The position numbers and the translations under genes were made by a program. DNA of 35,964 bases from a virus: IMG/VR virus record IMGVR_UViG_3300029953_000095, positions 1-35,964 of that record. The stretch is one strand, 5' to 3'. Numbering within the stretch: position 1 is the first letter of the stretch; every line of letters begins with the position of its first letter. Shown one piece after another: positions 1 through 6,366 of this stretch. The notes below the pieces were generated by a model, which was given only the letters and a program-made list of their open reading frames with translations, was not told the DNA's origin and made no database searches.

Positions 1-127
1 TCTTCAAAAGCAACATTTGGATCAACCGCTTCTTGACCGGCATAATCCATATCAGGACGAAGTGATTCTCTTTTGCGTTTACGAATTGCGGCACTGAGCG
101 CCTTAGCTTCAAACATGATTACTCCTT
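1..127. repeat. Terminal exact duplicate (copy 1) of 35838..35964; circular-closure overlap
   Basis: The first 127 nt (tcttcaaaagcaacatttgg...aaacatgattactcctt) reappear identically as the last 127 nt. Positions 1..116 are a partial second copy of the 5' end of the CDS that starts at 35953 (-). Confidence 0.95.
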
Positions 128-682
128 ATTTAAACAAGAAAGTACGATTGCCTCGATACCTTCCATGATTCTTTTACGATCTTTTTGATCAATTGCAGCC
201 ATCAGCTCTTCGCCGAGCATGCTATGGATCTCATCATCAATAAGTTCTTTGTCTTGTTCTGCGTCTTCATGGACTTCTCCACCACCTGCCATAAGACTTG
301 GCTTAGGCATGGACCGCATTTCTTTTAAAGTACGCGCATGAGCAAGCTTGGCGGCTTCCCGTCCGTCATCTCCGCTGTCCTTGCCCTGACGAACAAACAT
401 TCCTGCGCTGCTCATTCCAGGAGCACCATGAGAAATCGACTTATTAATTCCCTTTTCGTTGTCTTCTCTCTTTGTCCAGCTGTCTACAGATCCACCTTCG
501 GAATAGCATGCTGGATCTGAGCAACCCTTACAAGTAGAGCCAACACAGCCACCCTCTGCCTTGTGTTCGCCAGCCATGTTGTAAGCGATAGCAACCGCCT
601 GCTTTTGTGGCTTCCCAGCCTTCATTTCGGTCTCTACATTATGGCTAAAAGCCTTAGGCTTCTTTGAATGAATCAGCGGCAT
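119..682 (-). CDS. Hypothetical head-proximal or virion protein (187 aa) with a Cys cluster, GG-bracket motifs and a C-terminal KD-helix domain
   Basis: ATG at 682 is preceded by AAGAGGAAA. The stop lies 3 nt upstream of the AAGGAG RBS of the next gene across the junction. Contains AEGG-CVGSTCKGCSDPAC-YSEGG and MAGGGEVHEDAE. The C-terminus (EELMAAIDQKDRKRIMEGIEAIVLSCLNKE) is paralogous to that of the upstream 654..839 ORF. Confidence 0.7.
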   Translation of the reverse strand: MPLIHSKKPKAFSHNVETEMKAGKPQKQAVAIAYNMAGEHKAEGGCVGSTCKGCSDPACYSEGGSVDSWTKREDNEKGINKSISHGAPGMSSAGMFVRQGKDSGDDGREAAKLAHARTLKEMRSMPKPSLMAGGGEVHEDAEQDKELIDDEIHSMLGEELMAAIDQKDRKRIMEGIEAIVLSCLNKE

Positions 683-839
683 TGCTTTCCTCTTTATTTT
701 TGACGCATTGAATTAGCGCCTTAAGCGCCTGCACGAATGATTTGTGATCCTTTGATTCTAGCGCCGAAATAAGTTCATCTAAGGAATTCTCAATAAGATC
801 GTCATCTTCTGAGAAGCCGTATTTAGATATCCCAGACAT
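654..839 (-). CDS. Small hypothetical protein (61 aa from ATG 839; the ORF is open to 938 but that part overlaps the tRNA)
   Basis: The ORF 654..938 has an internal ATG at 839 (MSGISKYGF...). Its upstream part overlaps tRNA-Asn, so the shorter start is preferred. C-terminal motif DELISALESKDHKSFVQALKALIQCVKNKE. Confidence 0.5.
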   Translation of the reverse strand: MSGISKYGFSEDDDLIENSLDELISALESKDHKSFVQALKALIQCVKNKEESNAADSFKEA

Positions 840-912
840 GCGGCGAAGCTTTGGGACTTCTCTAGTCTTTAAAAATGGAAGGTTCACAATGATGTGGAGC
901 TGCTTCGGAAAT

Positions 913-988
913 TGGCTGGGAAGGCATGACTCGAACATGCGACCGTGCGGTTAACAGCCGCCAGCTCTACCAACTGAGCTACTTCCCA
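913..988 (-). tRNA. tRNA-Asn (anticodon GTT), 76 nt, CCA encoded
   Basis: The reverse complement reads TGGGAAG-TA-GCTC-AGTTGGTA-GAGC-T-GGCGG-CTGTTAA-CCGCA-CGGTC-GCATG-TTCGAGT-CATGC-CTTCCCA-G-CCA. It has a 7-bp acceptor stem, canonical D and T arms (TTCGAGT), anticodon loop C-T-GTT-A-A and discriminator G. The anticodon arm resembles bacterial tRNA-Asn. Confidence 0.9.
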
Positions 989-991
989 ACT

Positions 992-2509
992 CTACCAGTT
1001 ATTCCAGATGGCCGATCCATCCGCATTATTAACCCATGTCCTGCCGGATCCGTTTGGATTGTTCGTGGCCTGGTCTCGCTTGATCTTATCCATAATGGCC
1101 TGCTTATGCAAATCTTCCTGTTCTTTGATGTATTCCGGAGTCCCAGGAGTAAGTGCCTTTTTTGCAGGAGTTGAAAGAAAGTGATACCCATTAAACCATC
1201 CATACAAAAATGCATCACAAAGATGGTTTGGAAGGTTGGGATGTTCCTTTTTGGGATAGACGATCTTGTCTCCAGACGTTTTCCAAACTAGCGCCATCAT
1301 CTCATCTACTAAATCATGGCAATCTTGATGCAGTTTAACATTCCCCTGTATCAGGTCACCGTTACAAATCTCGATGTGATCAGCCTTACCAAGCTTATCA
1401 GCATATTCGAAATAGATATTGGAACGCATCGTCATAGTCTCAACGCCCTGCTTGTTGGCGCCATCAATGATCACGCTGTTAACTGGATATTTTGGATCGG
1501 AAAGGAAAGTGAGAAGCTTTGTCTCTACTGCATCGAACGTCATATGCTTTTGCTTGAACGTTTTAATGACCCAGAATGTGGGATCATTATCGTGATAGGC
1601 GGAAAGGACTATTGCAGTATCATCCTCCCAACCCAAGTCGCATGACAGCACATAGTGCCACCCTTTCGAATGTGGATAGGGCAAATCCCTAAACAGGTTT
1701 CTGTCTGGATTAAACTTATAAACCAGTTTGTCCGTCTCGATTACCCACTCATTAAGATACCACTGCCTAAATTGAGGTGTCTCCATATAGAGAGGCCTAT
1801 TTTTAGCAATTTCATCTAGCTGTGCTTTCCAGTCAATATGTGGGTTTTCGTGCGCCGACCATCGGTGAATAGACCAGCCTTGTTCTTTTCCATTTGTTAT
1901 GTCAAAAAAAAGCCCTTGAGTGAAATTAGAGCTTGTACCAAACAGAGCAATGGTGCCACTTTCGTCAGCCATAGCTGGACCAAGGATATCGTAAACCAAA
2001 TGAGCAAGATTAACTGTATAAAGGCTAGATTCGTCGATACAAACGAGTTTGTATTTCTTTCCAAGAAGTTTATTCATCTCGTCTTCACTAACATCAACGC
2101 CTGTGATTCGAATTACAGATCCGTTTGGGAAAGTGCAATCGAGACTCTTATTGTTAACATGAATTCCGAGTTGATGCGTTCGATCGATAACCTTGAGAAT
2201 ATCCTTCATGATAATATCAAGCGCAGATTGTCTAGTAAGGCCAACAAAAAGGCAGTTACATCCAGGGAATCGAAGTGCCGTAAGTACCATGTAAAGTCCG
2301 GCAGTAAAAGACTTCGCCGCTCTTCTGGTACAGTGGATCGCCTTTAATCTTGATGGGTCGTCTATGACCTGCTGCTGCTGTGGGAAAGCGGATTCATATA
2401 CACCCAGGGCGTAACTATCTCCGGATAATAGGGCAATCGCATCGTCAAGAAGACTATTCGTTGTCTCTGGGTGTAGCTCCATTAGCAATCTGAGACTCCA
2501 AAACGGCAA
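992..2509 (-). CDS. terL: Terminase large subunit
   Basis: 505 aa. Deviant Walker A (HCTRRAAKS), Walker B (KLVCIDESS), and nuclease-domain acidic motifs (VLSCDLGWEDDTAIV, VIIDGANKQG, HLCDAFLYG). Sits directly downstream of a small-terminase-like gene. The start may be ATG 2482 (MELHPE...) rather than 2509. Confidence 0.88.
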   Translation of the reverse strand: MPFWSLRLLMELHPETTNSLLDDAIALLSGDSYALGVYESAFPQQQQVIDDPSRLKAIHCTRRAAKSFTAGLYMVLTALRFPGCNCLFVGLTRQSALDIIMKDILKVIDRTHQLGIHVNNKSLDCTFPNGSVIRITGVDVSEDEMNKLLGKKYKLVCIDESSLYTVNLAHLVYDILGPAMADESGTIALFGTSSNFTQGLFFDITNGKEQGWSIHRWSAHENPHIDWKAQLDEIAKNRPLYMETPQFRQWYLNEWVIETDKLVYKFNPDRNLFRDLPYPHSKGWHYVLSCDLGWEDDTAIVLSAYHDNDPTFWVIKTFKQKHMTFDAVETKLLTFLSDPKYPVNSVIIDGANKQGVETMTMRSNIYFEYADKLGKADHIEICNGDLIQGNVKLHQDCHDLVDEMMALVWKTSGDKIVYPKKEHPNLPNHLCDAFLYGWFNGYHFLSTPAKKALTPGTPEYIKEQEDLHKQAIMDKIKRDQATNNPNGSGRTWVNNADGSAIWNNW

Positions 2510-2882
2510 CTGCCCGTTTCATGTAACTAATCTTTTCTTCGGGAGACATGGTATCTGCAGTCTTTATGTCGTCGGTTTCTGGTATCTTTCCGCACATTAC
2601 TTCTATTATAAACTGGAAGGCCCGTGAGTCCCCTTCTTTTGCTTTAAGAATCTGTCCTTGGATCATCTCCTCTAGCTGCAAAGCCTCTGGACCATGTAGA
2701 CGTTGCTTGGCTTGCTCATCTGTCATCCCAGCATAAAGGTGTATTAGGCGGATAAGGGATGCCATGTTGGTACGTCTAGCTGCCCTTAATTCGGCGGGCA
2801 GCGCCACAAACGGTCCATTAGGGTTTCTTATTTCCCCTTTTTGAATGGGTCTAAGATTTTTAAGGCTATTTGGATGGCTCAT
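2454..2882 (-). CDS. terS: Putative terminase small subunit
   Basis: 142 aa, immediately upstream of and overlapping terL. The N-terminal motif NLRPIQKGEIRNPNG resembles the (N)L.PF.KGQSGNP.G motif common in small terminases. Position-based call. Confidence 0.55.
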   Translation of the reverse strand: MSHPNSLKNLRPIQKGEIRNPNGPFVALPAELRAARRTNMASLIRLIHLYAGMTDEQAKQRLHGPEALQLEEMIQGQILKAKEGDSRAFQFIIEVMCGKIPETDDIKTADTMSPEEKISYMKRAVAVLESQIANGATPRDNE

Positions 2883-2893
2883 CTTAAATTCAC

Positions 2894-3208
2894 TTAGTTA
2901 TATGACACAATAGGTCGTGCCCACTGAACGTTAACCCATGGTGTTTCTTGAATTAAACCGCCCAGCTTCCAGTACATGGTGTGCTCGTTGTGACTCATTG
3001 CGTCTACAGTGTATTTGTTTTTTGGGCTGTGGGGCATTATATTTTCGGCTGGATGCCTTACGTAAAACTCATATACCGGCTCCATATTAATCCCCGGAGA
3101 GACTGGGGCCTGGAATCTGGCGTACCAACACTTAATTCCGTCTTCGAAAGAGCGCTCAAGTGCTGATATTGGCTTCGGACCTGGCTTCTTCTTTTGTACC
3201 TGTTCCAT
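2894..3208 (-). CDS. Hypothetical protein (104 aa)
   Basis: ATG at 3208 is preceded by AAGGAG. Same strand as and contiguous with the late operon. Overlaps the 3' end of the upstream gene by 53 nt. Confidence 0.55.
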   Translation of the reverse strand: MEQVQKKKPGPKPISALERSFEDGIKCWYARFQAPVSPGINMEPVYEFYVRHPAENIMPHSPKNKYTVDAMSHNEHTMYWKLGGLIQETPWVNVQWARPIVSYN

Positions 3209-4115
3209 AATTCTCCTTATAAACCCTTATATTGCACAGCTCTACGATCTTTCTACCAATCTTTGTCATGGGTGCGCTTACGGTTTTACATTTCTTGGTT
3301 AATAGCTTGGCTATGCCCTTTTTGCGATAATCAATCTTAACGTATACAAACTCTAGATTCGTTCCCCTAATTACCGCATATCCGGCGATAAAGTCCGGAT
3401 CCAACTTGTCGCATGCAATTAAAACGGTTGTGTCGTGGTCTCCTAGAATAGATTTAATCTCTTTGGTTTTAAATGTATAAAATTCTGCAGATTTTCTCTC
3501 GTCTCTGGATTTGTCATACCAAAGAGAATTTCTCCACGTAGAGTATATCATGGCGGTGTCTGATCGTGGCTTTGGAGACCTATCAAATGGCCTAATTACG
3601 ATTACAGTCTCATCGCTTGGCTCTTTTTCCCTTGTATCCACGATGTTCATCCATTCGGTTATGGTTTTAATAACTCTAAAAACGGCGGTGTCGCTTACCA
3701 TATGGCTCCGCTCAGACTCCCGGGTAGACCTGCCTTCGCAGTAGTCTTGCCATATGGCCTTAACTAATACAGGATTTAGCCTACTATTTCCATGCTTACA
3801 CAGGCTTGAGCATATTTCATCAAATTCTGGGTGGTTTTGAAAATGCTCTTCTTCTTTAAAGATGGACTGAGGCAGACTTGAGACGGCCATAACTCCAGGG
3901 GGTTGATGCATTTCTGAATATACCCAGGATGATCCACTCCATTTTTTTAGTGGCCTATCTGTGTAGTCTGCGCTTTCCTGATCTTCAAATCCGTTATTCT
4001 TTAGTATTTCGTACCATTTGCGCTGCAGGGATAAGAAATCAGGCGTTTCAAATGGATTCTGCATTCTCTTGTTCAATAGACACAACATTTGAAGTGGGTT
4101 CTTCGGCTGATCCAC
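3156..4115 (-). CDS. Two-domain protein: sigma-region-4-like HTH segment plus C-terminal GNAT-type acetyltransferase-like domain
   Basis: 319 aa. The segment CEGRSTRESERSHMVSDTAVFRVIKTITEW looks like an HTH. The C-terminus IAGYAVIRGTNLEFVYVKIDYRKKGIAKLL matches the GNAT motif A pattern (R/Q-x-x-G-x-A/G). The start is ambiguous: GTG 4115, ATG 4088 or ATG 4064. Confidence 0.55.
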   Translation of the reverse strand: MDQPKNPLQMLCLLNKRMQNPFETPDFLSLQRKWYEILKNNGFEDQESADYTDRPLKKWSGSSWVYSEMHQPPGVMAVSSLPQSIFKEEEHFQNHPEFDEICSSLCKHGNSRLNPVLVKAIWQDYCEGRSTRESERSHMVSDTAVFRVIKTITEWMNIVDTREKEPSDETVIVIRPFDRSPKPRSDTAMIYSTWRNSLWYDKSRDERKSAEFYTFKTKEIKSILGDHDTTVLIACDKLDPDFIAGYAVIRGTNLEFVYVKIDYRKKGIAKLLTKKCKTVSAPMTKIGRKIVELCNIRVYKENYGTGTKEEARSEANIST

Positions 4116-4413
4116 AACCGATTTCTTGTGCTACCTTTAGGCGTTTTTGAATTTCCTGAACCGAGTGATAGGTCACGTGGCAACTAATTCGGTTAATGCA
4201 GGAACTAAATAGCTCGATTTTAGACACCCGTCCCACCTTGTGATCGTAAGCATGAATAGCAGACATAAGGATTTGGGCGCAGTAATCCCCGTCCAGGGCA
4301 TGGGGCGAGCAAACTTTATTAATTTCTGTCAGGATCTCATTGGTCAAATCCTGAAACTGATCCATGGTTACTGGCAAATAAGTAGCGTCGTCTTTAAACA
4401 CAATTTTCTTCAT
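4048..4413 (-). CDS. Hypothetical protein (121 aa), first gene of the minus-strand arm
   Basis: ATG 4413 is preceded by AGGAG plus a 6-nt spacer. Faces the divergent intergenic region 4414..4503. Confidence 0.6.
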   Translation of the reverse strand: MKKIVFKDDATYLPVTMDQFQDLTNEILTEINKVCSPHALDGDYCAQILMSAIHAYDHKVGRVSKIELFSSCINRISCHVTYHSVQEIQKRLKVAQEIGCGSAEEPTSNVVSIEQENAESI

Positions 4414-4434
4414 TTTTTTCTCCTAGACAAACTT

Positions 4435-4483
4435 TTGTTGTCTTTTGAGCTGACGATAGTATTCTTCCTTTTAATTGCAACAA
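4435..4483. promoter_or_regulatory. Candidate face-to-face divergent sigma70-like promoters sharing one -10 region
   Basis: Plus strand: TTGTTG (4435-4440), 16-nt spacer, TAGTAT (4457-4462). Minus strand: TTGTTG (4483-4478), 16-nt spacer, TACTAT (4461-4456). This is the only intergenic gap between the two arms at this end. Confidence 0.35.
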
Positions 4484-4503
4484 CAAACTTAAGGAGAATT
4501 GAA

Positions 4504-4704
4504 ATGAATCTTACTCAACTTGAACAAGCCCTTTTGCCCATCGCATCCCCCCTGCTGTTGACTCTTTGGTCCGGTACCTTGCTCCCAGCTATTGCTGCCG
4601 CTGCGAAGTCTGGCAGTCCTGAGATCCAGATTCTGGAAACTCAGATTGTTGCGATGCTGGATTCAACCGTGAAGGCGGAACTTGCAAAATTGGCAACTCT
4701 TTAA
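4504..4704 (+). CDS. Small hydrophobic protein (66 aa), holin-like candidate
   Basis: AAGGAG at 4491-4496, 7-nt spacer, ATG 4504. Hydrophobic stretch LLPIASPLLLTLWSGTLLPAIAAAA. First gene of the plus arm, upstream of other lysis-like genes. Confidence 0.5.
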   Translation: MNLTQLEQALLPIASPLLLTLWSGTLLPAIAAAAKSGSPEIQILETQIVAMLDSTVKAELAKLATL

Positions 4705-4707
4705 TAT

Positions 4708-5109
4708 ATGACCGATGCCCCGGTAGTGAACCAACCTAATCCTGTCTCAAATCTAGCCGCCCAAACGGGCGTAAACATCACTACTGGGGCAATTAATACC
4801 GGCATTGCAATTGGTGAAAATCTTTTGTTCGCCGATTACCCTCCACTCGCGATGCCCGGACTAAAGCAACTCATTCAATTCATTATCAGCTTTTTTGCGG
4901 AATACGTGATCAAAGGGGTTGCGGAAGTTGTCACGTTTACCGTGATAGATTTCCAAATCTCCAAAGAAGAATCTAACTTTAACGACGCATTAGCAGCACT
5001 GAAAGCAGCACAGGCGTCCGGAGACTCTAATGCTCTATCTAAAGCCCAGGCGGATTTCTTGGCTGCATCTGCTGCCATGGTCAATTACGACGGTTCTACT
5101 ACTACCTAG
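4708..5109 (+). CDS. Hypothetical protein (133 aa) with a central hydrophobic segment
   Basis: ATG lies 3 nt after the upstream stop. Hydrophobic segment LKQLIQFIISFFAEYVIKGVAEVVTFTVI. The 3' end is overlapped out of frame by the next ORF. Confidence 0.5.
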   Translation: MTDAPVVNQPNPVSNLAAQTGVNITTGAINTGIAIGENLLFADYPPLAMPGLKQLIQFIISFFAEYVIKGVAEVVTFTVIDFQISKEESNFNDALAALKAAQASGDSNALSKAQADFLAASAAMVNYDGSTTT

Positions 5110-5398
5110 TTGTGCAGTCCAAATTAAAGACGAAGACGTTTATGTTGATGCGGGTTCGGCAGGAGCTGTCCATGCAAAATTGCTTACCTCTGGTAGTAAT
5201 TGGATTTCTAAAGACTCTTGGGATAGGATGAGGGAAGGCATGTTCTGCATGGATGCAAATGCTGTAGGCGATTTTAAGGAAGAAATTGAGGAACTATGCT
5301 CTGTTGCAAGTTGCGATTATCCCACAACTCAAGCCATACAGCAAGTCTTTGCGGGGCTGCATGACATCAACCCAAACATTCATCCTAGAGCTGATTAA
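5030..5398 (+). CDS. Putative secreted protein or lipoprotein (122 aa), gene overlapping the previous one out of frame
   Basis: GGAG lies 6 nt upstream of ATG 5030. The N-terminus MLYLKPRRISWLHLLPWSITTVLLLPSC has a basic n-region, a hydrophobic h-region and a lipobox-like LPSC. An 80-nt overlap with 4708..5109 resembles the overlapped spanin gene layout. Confidence 0.4.
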   Translation: MLYLKPRRISWLHLLPWSITTVLLLPSCAVQIKDEDVYVDAGSAGAVHAKLLTSGSNWISKDSWDRMREGMFCMDANAVGDFKEEIEELCSVASCDYPTTQAIQQVFAGLHDINPNIHPRAD

Positions 5399-5481
5399 AG
5401 AATTGCGGTCCTGGCTAGGGCCACTGCTCGCCGTGTGGGCATCTTGGCATGTAGACCCTAATTCTAGAAAGAAGGCCGACA

Positions 5482-5865
5482 ATGGTCCTACATCTAATTA
5501 GGATTGACTTGTCTCCAGACGGCATTTTTAGTGAACTACATTCTGATTCTGGAGGGTTATTGTTTCAGACTTTAGAACACTCTTATAACTGTGTCCCTAA
5601 AATTCCTTGCGGATCCTTTCAGTGTGTTCGGGGAATGCACCAACTAGAAGGAATGTCTTGCCCATTCGAAACATTCGAGATTACGGGCGTAATCGGCCAT
5701 ACTAACCTGCTTTTTCATGTCGGCAACTATGACTCTAATTCTGCCGGCTGTGTTTTAGTAGGAAAAGAGCGGCAGGGTGACATGATTACGTGCAGCAGAG
5801 AGGCGTTCTCCGAGTTTATGTTGATGCTGTCGGGAATAGACTCTTTTACCCTGATAGTTTCATAA
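5482..5865 (+). CDS. DUF5675-like protein (127 aa)
   Basis: The pattern LIR...DG.FSEL......TLEHSY...PKIP.GSF.C.RG...........F.I.GV.GH..LLFHVGN...NSAGCVLVG matches my recollection of the DUF5675 family (conserved H.GN and (S/T).GC.L.G). GAAGG lies 6 nt upstream of the ATG. Confidence 0.6.
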   Translation: MVLHLIRIDLSPDGIFSELHSDSGGLLFQTLEHSYNCVPKIPCGSFQCVRGMHQLEGMSCPFETFEITGVIGHTNLLFHVGNYDSNSAGCVLVGKERQGDMITCSREAFSEFMLMLSGIDSFTLIVS

Positions 5866-5867
5866 GT

Positions 5868-5949
5868 GCTTCCGTAGCTCAGCGGTAGAGCACCACACAG
5901 GGTATACCCATTGCGGTTGTCGCGTGTTCAATTCACGCCGGAAGCACCA
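5868..5949 (+). tRNA. tRNA-like gene with non-canonical, expanded anticodon arm (82 nt incl. CCA); isotype undeterminable
   Basis: GCTTCCG-TA-GCTC-AGCGGTA-GAGC-A-CCACA-[CAGGGTATACCCAT]-TGCGG-TTGTC-GCGTG-TTCAATT-CACGC-CGGAAGC-A-CCA. The acceptor, D and T arms are perfect. The anticodon stem has one A/C mismatch. The loop is 14 nt, contains the palindrome GGGTATACCC, and has no U33-NNN-purine register. Confidence 0.6.
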
Positions 5950-5967
5950 TTTTTATATTGATACTTT

Positions 5968-5995
5968 TTGTTTATTTATTGCCTATTTTTATATT
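5968..5995 (+). promoter_or_regulatory. Candidate sigma70-like promoter for the 6020..7459 operon
   Basis: TTGTTT (5968-5973), 16-nt spacer, TATATT (5990-5995), in an AT-rich gap. The 12-mer ATTTTTATATTG occurs twice (5949-5960 and 5985-5996). Confidence 0.35.
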
Positions 5996-6019
5996 GCAAA
6001 ACCTAACCGGTTTGGATAA

Positions 6020-6157
6020 ATGGCATTCATGAAAATACACAAAGCGGCGGTAGCACTGGGTAAGATTGGCGGTAGAGTTAAAAGCAAGGCAAAGTCTGCG
6101 GCATCAAAAAAAAATGGGAAACTGGGCGGTCGGCCCAAGAAAGTGACAGTAAAATGA
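6020..6157 (+). CDS. Small basic protein (45 aa) with KxGG/GGRP motifs
   Basis: MAFMKIHKAAVALGKIGGRVKSKAKSAASKKNGKLGGRPKKVTVK. Its stop overlaps the next start (ATGA at 6154). The SD is weak; an alternative ATG is at 6029. Confidence 0.4.
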   Translation: MAFMKIHKAAVALGKIGGRVKSKAKSAASKKNGKLGGRPKKVTVK

Positions 6158-6366
6158 ATACTAGAAAAATGGACAACGTGGAAATTATTGAATCAATGGC
6201 AATGGATACGATTTTAGCTAATGCCATTAACTCTTACATCTCTAGTAAACTCGTTTATGGTACTGCTTCGGTCTATTCTTTAGAGGAAGTTTTAGATGAC
6301 CGCATTTGCTTCTATCAGAGCAGAGATGTTGAAATTGAACACGACTATTATGAAGAGGGTGCATGA
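6154..6366 (+). CDS. Hypothetical acidic protein (70 aa)
   Basis: ATGA-type overlaps at both ends (6154 and 6363), indicating translational coupling within the operon. Confidence 0.5.
   Translation: MNTRKMDNVEIIESMAMDTILANAINSYISSKLVYGTASVYSLEEVLDDRICFYQSRDVEIEHDYYEEGA

Noticed and set aside
1316-2347. Plus-strand ORFs inside terL (1316-1645, 1838-2347). Similar antisense or alternate-frame ORFs occur inside structural genes (14366-14578, 16445-16909, 22727-23194, 29962-30444, 30639-30983, 31277-31588, 35323-35712)
   Set aside because: All are nested within longer ORFs that have recognisable function or operon context. They lack RBSs and have skewed composition typical of shadow frames.
5868-5949. 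The tRNA-like gene as an attP integration site of a temperate phage
   Set aside because: No integrase, excisionase or repressor gene is present. The element is a full-length cloverleaf rather than the 3' tRNA fragment typical of attP.
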